Shown here: one piece after another, positions 42,391 to 51,249 of the stretch
Layout of the letters: every line of letters begins with the position of its first letter
How positions within the stretch are numbered: the first letter of the stretch is position 1
Source: Epithemia pelagica
Lineage: Eukaryota > Protista > Bacillariophyta
Reading direction: 5' to 3'
Assembly (NCBI GenBank): GCA_946965045.2
Contig: OX337236.1
Location: 1,922,001 to 1,986,000, forward strand
Length of the DNA stretch: 64,000 bases
Made by a program: the position numbers and the translations under genes
The notes under the pieces: generated by a model
Seen by the model: only the letters and a program-made list of their open reading frames with translations
What the model was told of the DNA's origin: nothing
Databases searched by the model: none

Positions 42391-44448
42391 ATGTTTCAGT
42401 ATCGACAAACAGCAACACACTCCTTTGTGGAACTTGTCCATATTCCTGATGTCTTCCATCTTACACCATTGTACATCGTATACTCTCAGTCGTCACATTT
42501 TATCGTACCTATTGTCTCAATGAGCTCCCAACAATACCCAAGTAGTTGTCGCCCAACAATATCTTTGTCAAGCATATGCTCTCCTGTTGTTTCTCTCTCT
42601 CAAGCTCCACACTCATTTTTCAAATTCATTCGAGAAGAACTCCCAGACTTGTCAACCATGTCTTTTGATTTGAGAATGGAAGCAATACAAGACACCATTC
42701 TTGTTTGGCTCATTCGAGAAGATGCTTCAATTCGCTACACTTCGTGCTCTCTTGATATTCTGACAAGCCATCCATGTCAGATCAAGCCATCTCTTTCTAT
42801 GGACCAATCCATCTACCTTATCTCATTACTGGTTCACCATGGTTTATATCCCTCGCAAGAAATTCCCCCCAACTTCCTGTTGAGCAACCCCAAGTTCAAA
42901 ATGAGCCGGCCTAAAGATGATTTCCCAGTATTGCACCTCCACTGCAGCTGTCAACCTATATACGAAGTCAGCACCGAAGACATTGGATACAAAGAAGCAA
43001 TGGAATATGTATTGTTGAATGGGCAAATTGATACTCAAGAAGACCTCAATGTTCAATCGATGGAAGACTATACTCTGGAGTGGATGATACATCGTGATGC
43101 ACTCATTTCTGTTTCTACATCACACAACAGAACAATTCACCCAGTCTCTATCGATCCTCTCTTACAATGCATTGCTACATCAATGTTGTCCCAAATATCC
43201 AACAAGATTATATCCCAAGGAGATCCAACCATTCTGTCTACTCCAGTAACTACTCCTCCAGATTCGATTGAACCTGCTAATTCCTTCCCCATTGATGGAC
43301 CATCTCCACCCACATCACCATCTCAATCGACAAAACCATCTCCAGTCAATGCAAAACACAACTCATCATCACAAGAAATCGCTGTTGTAAAGCCAAAACC
43401 TGACACTCCGACAAAGCGATCTTCTGTTGCCAAACACAGCAACCCACCATATTCTCAGATTATGACTCGCAAACAATATGCCACCGCCGCCAACCTCCTC
43501 ATTAAAGCATCCAGAGCAAGGCGACAAATCTGCTACAACGATAAGAACAATATTCGACACATGCCTGGTCAACCTGTTCGTTTGAAACCCAATGATCTCT
43601 CCTTGTACAACAAAACAAAAAGTTGCCCCCCCACAATATCTGAACAGACTTTGAGAAAGAGGGTTGTTGACTTGCAGTATTTGAAAAAGCTTCATGAACA
43701 TTTCCTTTCCAAAGGTCTGGAAGCTCCAAGAGACAATTGGGAAGACTGGATTAACGACCATCTCTCACCAGAATCCGACCGAGCCTTCATGTGCTTGGTT
43801 GTGATTCTTATGAGTTCCAACACAAGCGACAAACAATTAGCTAAAGTGGTACCCACTTTGTTCCAATGTGGGTTTGTCTCTAGTCGGGCAACCAGTGACA
43901 TTGCACTCAACTATGGGATGAACGCTGTATGTTCCCTATTGGCAGAGACTGGTCTATATTATAAGAATGCTGAGGCTATCGTCAACGCAGCTGACTACTT
44001 CATCCAACGGCATTCTGGAATTATACCAGAAACCATTACGGTGCAAGAACTAATGTGTCTGCATGGGGTTGGGTACAAGACTGCCACAATTGTCTTGGCA
44101 TTTGCATTTCAAAGAATTGACGGAATTCCAACTGATGTGCATGTACATCGCTGCTCTCGAGCCCTGGGATGGATCCCCAAATCATGCAACGACCCAGACA
44201 TGTGCTCGGCTTTGTTGGAGTCTTGGATTCCAAAGGAGTACTGGGAATGGGTCAACCCAATGTTTGGAGCGCTCGGGCAACTAATACAAGACCCAAAGAC
44301 ACGTCACCAATGTTCAGAAATCCAGATGGATTTCACAGTCCGTCGTCTTGACAAAGACCATAAGAAGAAACTCTTAGACAGCAAAGAGATCTACAACCTA
44401 CACAACAATTTCCTTCATTTGTATCGGTCCTATTGCAGTTCCTCATGA
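42391..44448 (+). CDS. Endonuclease III-like (Nth/HhH-GPD) DNA glycosylase with a long N-terminal extension, carried inside the hAT element
   Basis: AFMCLVVILMSSNTSDKQL, ETGLYYKNAEAI, HhH LMCLHGVGYKTATIVL, GIPTDVHVHRCSRALGW, LESWIPKEYWEWVNPMFGALGQ. Alternative start at 42520. Confidence 0.88.
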   Translation: MFQYRQTATHSFVELVHIPDVFHLTPLYIVYSQSSHFIVPIVSMSSQQYPSSCRPTISLSSICSPVVSLSQAPHSFFKFIREELPDLSTMSFDLRMEAIQDTILVWLIREDASIRYTSCSLDILTSHPCQIKPSLSMDQSIYLISLLVHHGLYPSQEIPPNFLLSNPKFKMSRPKDDFPVLHLHCSCQPIYEVSTEDIGYKEAMEYVLLNGQIDTQEDLNVQSMEDYTLEWMIHRDALISVSTSHNRTIHPVSIDPLLQCIATSMLSQISNKIISQGDPTILSTPVTTPPDSIEPANSFPIDGPSPPTSPSQSTKPSPVNAKHNSSSQEIAVVKPKPDTPTKRSSVAKHSNPPYSQIMTRKQYATAANLLIKASRARRQICYNDKNNIRHMPGQPVRLKPNDLSLYNKTKSCPPTISEQTLRKRVVDLQYLKKLHEHFLSKGLEAPRDNWEDWINDHLSPESDRAFMCLVVILMSSNTSDKQLAKVVPTLFQCGFVSSRATSDIALNYGMNAVCSLLAETGLYYKNAEAIVNAADYFIQRHSGIIPETITVQELMCLHGVGYKTATIVLAFAFQRIDGIPTDVHVHRCSRALGWIPKSCNDPDMCSALLESWIPKEYWEWVNPMFGALGQLIQDPKTRHQCSEIQMDFTVRRLDKDHKKKLLDSKEIYNLHNNFLHLYRSYCSSS

Positions 44449-44566
44449 GTCAATTTCTTATTAGTTACTATCTGTTTTTCCTTGTTTGTTCTTTTTCTTT
44501 TTGTTTCTCGCATGTATCTTGTATGTAGTCTTTCTCGTATGTAGTCGTATGTAGTCTTTTTCGTTT

Positions 44567-47500
44567 TCAGTGGTCTTCATTACTGTTATTGGTGCGGCGT
44601 CGCGGACTTGTCCTTCGTTGTTGTTGTCGTTGTTCTTCTGGCTGCTCTCCGATGTGTTCTGTAGGAGGTGGTTTCTTTGCTCTCGACGATTTGGACTTGG
44701 ACTTTGTTCGAGATGCCGATTCTTGAATGGATTGTTGGCGCACTCTCTTGGAAGATGCACTCGTTTGAGTTGTTGCCTTCCTTTTTGATAAGGTGGTGGA
44801 TCGTTGGGTTGTTGGTGTGGTACTGTGTGTAGCAGGAGTTGTCGTCGAAACGATTCCTGTCACACTTCCTTGAACACTACCACTGGTACTGTTGCCTTGA
44901 TCTGTCGTCGATGTAGTGGGGTTCATTGTTCGATTTGAAGATGCAGAAATACTAGAACCAGCCATCAAGTTCATTTGTTGTAGTTTGACCGCCTCAATGA
45001 TGCAAGCATCACTATCTGACTGAAATGGGTCATTGTCTTTGCCAAGACGACCCATGCATTCCATTTGTTCCTTGTCCCCTTCATCCACGATATCAATGAG
45101 CACTACGTCATCGAATTTTTGTACCAAATCCAGATTAGAATCACTGCATTTGTATTCGTATTCTGAACCAACAATCCCATCGTTCCCTTCGTCTTCATCA
45201 AGTTCAATTTGTTCCCGGGCCTTGTGGTGCTTCTGCATATCCTTTACACCCTTCAAAATGGTTTTCAGACGTTTCATATGACCTTGAGTGGTCCCTTCAG
45301 CAATGGAATCCCATACCGAGATTTCATCGGTTCCCTGCTCATGTTCCTCAACAGCTTCATTTTGTTCTTCATTATCTTTGCCACTGCCGTAGTCAGTTCC
45401 ATTGTTGTCTTCATCGTCATCGTCATCAACCACGGAGATTACTTCCGCCTCTATTTCGGCCTGGGCCTCGTCTCTCTCTTGGCTTGAAGCTGTTCTTTGT
45501 TGGTTCTGCAGTTGCTCCTGTTGACTTATCTGGCGCTGTGTGGCATTACTCCTAGCTTGCTCCTCGGCCTTACCCCTGGTTTGCGCTTCGTCCTCGTTCT
45601 CTGTGGTGTGTTGAGATTTCTTTTTCAGGGTCATTTCATTAACCTCAATCTCTCCACGAACCTTTCTTGTTACCATCTCCATGGTGCGAATCTCGAAATG
45701 TTTCTTGAGCTCGTTCCTCATCAATCTATTGCTATCAAACCATGAGGAGAAAGAAAATATCCTCTCTTGGAAAGCGTTTGTAGAAGGCTTCGAGAGCCAC
45801 ACGATGGCACTTGGGAAAATCATCCTGAAATTACTCTTGTTCGCCTGCCACCACTGTAAGACATCAAAATACTTGCCCACACTGTTGAAATCTTGATCAT
45901 TACATGCCCGTCTGAACTTTTTCTTTTCTTGAGGCGTCCATTTTGGTGACTTTTCAGTGTAAAGAACGGTGGGATACTCCCTAATCAACGATTCCCAGGA
46001 ACTGTGGATAATGCGCTGACAGTAATCCTTGAACCCCTTGAATTCGTTGTTACATTGTTCTCTAAAGCTCTTCTTCTGCTCGTCCAACGTGTTAAGATTG
46101 TTGTTTTCCACGCACGTGCTGTCTTCATTCTCTCCATGATTCCGAAAAATATTGAACACATCGTCATCATCCGAGTCGTCGTCTTCTATATCTACAACCT
46201 CCTCATTGGCTGTCTCGGCCATTGGGGCTGGTCCATTCATTGCCAACCTTTCAGGAGTGGAAAACTTTGCTACCATGTCATCAACAAATTGTTTTTGGAT
46301 TCTAGAGACGTCGTAGTCGTCGTAGATCTTGATTTTTTTCAGGATGTACGGTGCCATGTAGCAGAGAAACGGATGACCGCAGATAGCATTCTCTGCATGG
46401 ACGTCGTCACCATTCATCATGTAGGTGCGAAATTCACGTAGAAGCCGGTTAATAAGCATCCGTGAGGCGGGCAGTAAATCTGCAAACTTGATATTTTTCC
46501 TTTTGGAACGGAGTTTCTCTATGGTTAACCTGGCATCCCAACGTTGGAACTCTGTGTCTAGTTCTGTGGGGTTCACAAGCAGAACAGAGACACCGTTGTC
46601 TTTGTGATATTTAATTCCATGATGGCAACCAAAGATTTCCAACAAAGAGCCTGCAGCAGAGGAAGGATCATCTGCTTGTAAGGACATGGCGCATTTCTTG
46701 AGTGGAGAAAGAATTCCTTCGAATTCTGCTATGGCCTGCCAGTCCTCCTTGGACAGATAATTTTCGCGAAAGTCTTTGTCTACAGAAAACTCTTGTGAAT
46801 TGTAGTCATCCATGACGTACTTATCACGTAGGAGATCATGGAATGTGAGAGCGCATCCGAGAACCCTGGTTGTGTTCGGCATACGGATCTCCACTACAAC
46901 TTGGTGATTTTTTGTTGCGTAGTCCCTCAATGCCTGGAATCTCTTCTTTCTCTTCGTCATCAGGATTGAAGCTAACTTCAAGGCTTTCTTGTATGTGTCC
47001 ACAAATCCGGGAAACTGGTCGATTACCCTTCCCCCCCTTCGTCGTATAGCCAAGCCGGTGGCGTGCTTAAGAATTAATTCCGCACGATGCATATCGCACT
47101 TTCCTCCAGTCTGATTTCCCACAATGTACTTTCCGGCAAGGACTGCCGAATTTGTATTGTCGTTTACGGAAGAGGAGAGGTCAGACTGCGTAATTCCAAC
47201 GGTTGTGAGGATTTTTAGTGTGTGGGTCGCCACTTGGGCTGCTGTGTGGCCGTCTGTTTCGCAGAGACCTACGGGAATCTTGTAAAACACGCAATTCCTG
47301 GGGTCAGTCAGCATTAGGCACAATCCAAGGATGTCTTTTCGATGGCCTTGCCATATGTCATGACAAATTGTGGCGAAGGGAATTGTTTTGCCACAAATTA
47401 GCTTGTAGGCCATCCGGACATTCAGGCATAGGGAGGAAACAGTTTGGAGAAAATTGTTGTAGGAATCAAGTCGCTTGCGTATGATGGCTTTGTTGCTCAT

Positions 47501-48334
47501 GACGCAATCTTTTGTCGACAGCTTCTGGGCGTTAAGAATGGCGAATTCCAGCATAGCTCGGAAGGACTTCTTTTCCACTGTTGAAGTGGGTAAGCCGTTG
47601 TCGTTGACAAACTGGTAGATTGATTGTTGAAACTTGATTCTAGCCTCGTCCTTTGACATCATGGAACCCTTGTAGGATGTCATAAGTGGTTGGTTGCTTT
47701 CTACATTGGACTTCGGTCCAATTTTTTTTTTTCGTTCCATTTCTTCTTTCACATGCGGGTGGAAAGAGTCCATATGTTGGCTAACATTCGAAGAGGAGCC
47801 ACTTTTCTTCTGCTTGCTGACACCACAGAGGATGGTAGAGGCGATAAAAGACTTCTCTGGGTCTTCAAAGCAAATCGGGCACACCACAAGACGCTTACAT
47901 ATGGATCCCCATGACTTTTTGGGTGCTGTTTGGTCCTCTTTTGATGCTTGGTTGAGTACAGCAAAGCATCGAGAAATACCTTCCATTTTGCTAACTTCTT
48001 TGGTGTCAAGTCTTGCTTGTAATTCTGTTAACTGGCAAAAGTCCAAGTGTCTCACTGTTCCCCAGTAGGTATTCAGATTCTTGAAATGCTCTTTCGGTGG
48101 ACTTTTGAGGAAGGGGACATAGTCTTTCTCTTTCTTGATTTCTTGATGAATTGCTTCGGTTCGTTGGGCTTGGGTAGGGTGTTGCCTATTCTGTTGATTG
48201 TTGTTCCCTTGGGGGGCTAAAGCAGCGGGTGGGTTCTCGTCTTGCTGTGCAGGTGGAGGGTCTGGGTTCTCTGCTTGTGTGGGATGAGCCGGGGGTGTCT
48301 CCTCTTGTTCTGCCATCGTCGGTTGTGTTGACAT
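44567..48334 (-). CDS. hAT transposase (BED finger, DDE core, C-terminal dimerisation domain, acidic tail); the ORF track extends it to 48499, likely ATG at 48334
   Basis: BED CPIC...SSSNVSQHMDSFH; GLPTSTVEKKSFRAML; D1 CHDIWQ; D2 VNDNTN; CDMH; E in STNAFQERIFS; VLQWWQANK. Confidence 0.92.
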   Translation of the reverse strand: MSTQPTMAEQEETPPAHPTQAENPDPPPAQQDENPPAALAPQGNNNQQNRQHPTQAQRTEAIHQEIKKEKDYVPFLKSPPKEHFKNLNTYWGTVRHLDFCQLTELQARLDTKEVSKMEGISRCFAVLNQASKEDQTAPKKSWGSICKRLVVCPICFEDPEKSFIASTILCGVSKQKKSGSSSNVSQHMDSFHPHVKEEMERKKKIGPKSNVESNQPLMTSYKGSMMSKDEARIKFQQSIYQFVNDNGLPTSTVEKKSFRAMLEFAILNAQKLSTKDCVMSNKAIIRKRLDSYNNFLQTVSSLCLNVRMAYKLICGKTIPFATICHDIWQGHRKDILGLCLMLTDPRNCVFYKIPVGLCETDGHTAAQVATHTLKILTTVGITQSDLSSSVNDNTNSAVLAGKYIVGNQTGGKCDMHRAELILKHATGLAIRRRGGRVIDQFPGFVDTYKKALKLASILMTKRKKRFQALRDYATKNHQVVVEIRMPNTTRVLGCALTFHDLLRDKYVMDDYNSQEFSVDKDFRENYLSKEDWQAIAEFEGILSPLKKCAMSLQADDPSSAAGSLLEIFGCHHGIKYHKDNGVSVLLVNPTELDTEFQRWDARLTIEKLRSKRKNIKFADLLPASRMLINRLLREFRTYMMNGDDVHAENAICGHPFLCYMAPYILKKIKIYDDYDVSRIQKQFVDDMVAKFSTPERLAMNGPAPMAETANEEVVDIEDDDSDDDDVFNIFRNHGENEDSTCVENNNLNTLDEQKKSFREQCNNEFKGFKDYCQRIIHSSWESLIREYPTVLYTEKSPKWTPQEKKKFRRACNDQDFNSVGKYFDVLQWWQANKSNFRMIFPSAIVWLSKPSTNAFQERIFSFSSWFDSNRLMRNELKKHFEIRTMEMVTRKVRGEIEVNEMTLKKKSQHTTENEDEAQTRGKAEEQARSNATQRQISQQEQLQNQQRTASSQERDEAQAEIEAEVISVVDDDDDEDNNGTDYGSGKDNEEQNEAVEEHEQGTDEISVWDSIAEGTTQGHMKRLKTILKGVKDMQKHHKAREQIELDEDEGNDGIVGSEYEYKCSDSNLDLVQKFDDVVLIDIVDEGDKEQMECMGRLGKDNDPFQSDSDACIIEAVKLQQMNLMAGSSISASSNRTMNPTTSTTDQGNSTSGSVQGSVTGIVSTTTPATHSTTPTTQRSTTLSKRKATTQTSASSKRVRQQSIQESASRTKSKSKSSRAKKPPPTEHIGEQPEEQRQQQRRTSPRRRTNNSNEDH

Positions 48335-48929
48335 GATGGTAGATCCAGACAGGGTGGATAAGGATGCTGGGCTTTGAAGATGATTAAGAGGCACAATCAA
48401 GCCAGACACCATGTGTTGCAAGTTGCAAGCTGCAACAGACAATGAACTGTTGAAGGATTGGTGGATGGACGGTAGAGGTGAGAGGTAAGAGAGTGTCACA
48501 AGTCACAAAGATGAGGCGGTTGAAGGTAGGGTCACTGTGTGATATTGTATAGAAACGTAATTCACATGACACATTGGGGGGAGAATGGTAATTCCATCTG
48601 TGCGTAGGAGAAAATTGATTGGATTCTCAAATTCTTATAGTGAGTAAGAAGGAATTGGATTGGATTGGGAATTGATATCGTCTGATAAAGTGAATTGAAT
48701 GGAATTGGGAAGTGTCTATTTTAGAGAATTGGGAATTGAATTAGGGAATTGACATTCCCCGTCTGAGATGATGAGACTTGAATCGGAATAGTGAATCCAA
48801 GAAAAAATCGGTATTGAGTTGAGTGGATTGTGAAATTCAATGAAAGTAAAGGAGGAGGATTTCAATTGAATGGCTTAATTCAAGCTAAATTTAAGTTACA
48901 TTCCCTAAAGTCATTAAAGTCCCACTTTT

Positions 48930-48945
48930 TGAATTCCAGACCCTG
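48930..48945 (-). repeat. Right terminal inverted repeat of the hAT element
   Basis: TGAATTCCAGACCCTG followed immediately by the TSD CCCCCAAA. Confidence 0.95.
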
Positions 48946-49950
48946 CCCCCAAAGCAAATCCCCTCCCCCATGTGCTCCCCATTGTCGCGCTGCACCCAAT
49001 TTCGAAAGTCGACCCAACGTTGCTCGACTTGTGGGTCTCGCAACAGTGTTCTTATAAAAGTACAATGAAAAATAAAGTAGGGCAAATGATCGCACACATC
49101 CACATTGTCTGGAATGGAACGCGCTGTTTCGAGTAGTTGCGTAAAATAGGCTTGTCCCAATCGTTGCATCAAGAAATGACCCGGTGGGGCTACCATGAAG
49201 AAATTGGAAAACATGCGGGCAGATTCAGCCAGTTCTGGTTTCTTCTTCATTGAGCCATGATAAGACGAAGGGGCGGTTGATCCATGAATATTACACTTTT
49301 CAAACTGTGCTAGTTGCCAACGATTCATGGCACCTGCCACGTTGAATAGGTGTGGAACATAAAAGCCATTTGGATCCACCAATTGCGGCAAAAAGTCGTC
49401 CAATGGTCGTATCGGGCAAATGGAGGTATCGGTATAGACTCCACCGTACAGGGAGAGAACTTCGACGCGAAACATGTTGGAGAGTTTGGTCTGGCATATC
49501 TTGGACTCGTCGACGGCAGTGTCGTTTCTTCGAATGCTTGCCAAACGAGCAAATTTGGGCGCGAGCTGCATGGCTTGTGCCTGATCCACAATGCGAATGT
49601 CCCAGGTGGGATGCAAGAGTTCCCATGCCTTGACACAGGCATAATCGGCCTGATACTTGTTTGGTGAAGCACTCAGACTCAAGGTGTTTCAGGCCCTGAT
49701 CCCAATATAGCCACAGAATCTTGGGGACGCCATTGATTGTGTCGGCAGTAGCTGAACTCGGTGCCTCGATTGTCAACGATTTGTGCTCGCTGACACGAGA
49801 AAGACTGGAGAGGAGAACGGCTTGTTCCATGGTGGAAGGAGATTCCTGTTGGTCCCAAAACTCCCTGTGATGATGGGCAAGTTGATTCAAAGTCATCACC
49901 AGTACCAAACCAGCCAGTATCCAACGGCGGAACCGTATGGATAATGGCAT
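48946..49950 (-). pseudogene. 5' part of the glycosyltransferase-sulfotransferase gene (signal anchor + Caps_synth/GT32-like domain), with a frameshift near 49680
   Basis: Signal anchor RRWILAGLVLVM; VPKILWLYWDQG; CVKAWELLHP.W; SNMFRVEVLSLYGGVYTDTS; NFFMVAPPGH; YFIFHC. The domain is split between ORFs 49300-49986 and 48891-49682. Confidence 0.8.
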
Positions 49951-51249
49951 TCTGATCTGGTAAGATGATAGATCAAATAATATCAAATCGTTTCGTCATG
50001 GTGCGGTCGTTCGGACTTCGGACTTCGGACTCTCGCATGGCGAGGTTTGTTTGTGTCAGCGACCCGGTTGCGTGTTTCTCGAACGACTCACCCTGCCAGC
50101 TACCTCTTCGCAGGAAAAGTCTGTTGGGTTCGATGCGGCCGCACAGGCATCGCGGGCTCGCAGGCACACCAAGAAATTTTCTTCAGTCGCGCACGAAAAA
50201 GATTGGCCCACGTAAACACCAATACAACCAGAACAGCACCAACACAGACAATTGGGAATTGGGACCCTTGGCCCTCCCTCTCGAAATCTCAAGCTCTTCC
50301 AGTTTTCGTTGACTCCAGCTTCCAAAGACAGCTTTGACAAATCTACAGGAGAGAAACCAAGCGCCATGGTTCGTGCTTTTGAATTTTCTTGTATTGTTTT
50401 CTCGGGCTCGTGCTGTTGATTGATTTGGTATTGTACTTCTGAACCATTTTGGACAGCTGAGTTTTCCCTCAAATGCAGTCGACTACTTGATCTTCTGCGT
50501 CATTTGTCGTTTTCCTTGCTCTGAGAATTTTTGTGAAACGAAGGGTACATGTTGCAGTTGACGTCATTGCATCTCCGTATCGCCGTACCCAACATATATC
50601 TCATAACCACTTCGAGTTCTCGCAGTAAAATCGCACTATCGTCAACCTTGGACTTCTGGACATCATTGTCCCTCTTCGATGGGGACTCAACACTCAACAT
50701 TCAACGAGCAGAGACTTTGACTTCTCCCGTCGGGAAAAAGTGGGGGTCCTTTCCCAAGATTTCGAGTACGCGAGACGAGGGGCTGGACTGGCGTACATTA
50801 CTTACGAGTATAGTAGTTAGAGGATGGCCGACGGAAAGACGATCTTTCAGTCCCTCAGGCATAACAAGGCAGACAAATGAGGGAGCCAGCCGCATCACTT
50901 TGGAATAAGCCCGGACTTCGAGTCGCTGCGCCAAGACAGACATAACTATCGATCAAATAGTAGGACACGTTCCCGAGACGCGTTGTGTGTGATTGGATGG
51001 AACAACGACCACCACCAAGCGTCCTTCCCTGTTCGCAAGTGGCGGTCCGAGAGCGGTTTTCTCGTTAGAGAAAGAGTTGGGTTTGGGGTAATCGGAGATG
51101 GGATTTGATGGTAGTCGTTAGTCGGAGAAGACAAGGAAGCACACAATTTAGGCGGTCGTGTGTATATCATTGCGCGTTAAACTCTTTTGCACTGGGACCG
51201 TGTGCGTATCCTCTTTGTTGGATCGAGAAACGTTGTTGGTAGCGGCACC

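Larger units (their letters stand above)
41897..48945 (-). mobile_element. Complete hAT-superfamily DNA transposon (7,049 bp) carrying a transposase and a DNA-glycosylase cargo gene
   Basis: Left TIR CAGGGTCTGGAAGTCA (41897-41912); right TIR reverse complement CAGGGTCTGGAATTCA (48930-48945); identical 8-bp TSD CCCCCAAA at 41889-41896 and 48946-48953; hAT transposase inside. Confidence 0.95.

Noticed and set aside
49670-49690. Intron as an explanation for the GT frameshift (GTCTGAG)
   Set aside because: The only suitable GT...AG is 7 nt, far too short to splice.
50056-50943. Three short minus-strand ORFs that might be a decayed gene
   Set aside because: No recognisable domain or convincing splice pattern, so they could not be supported as a feature.
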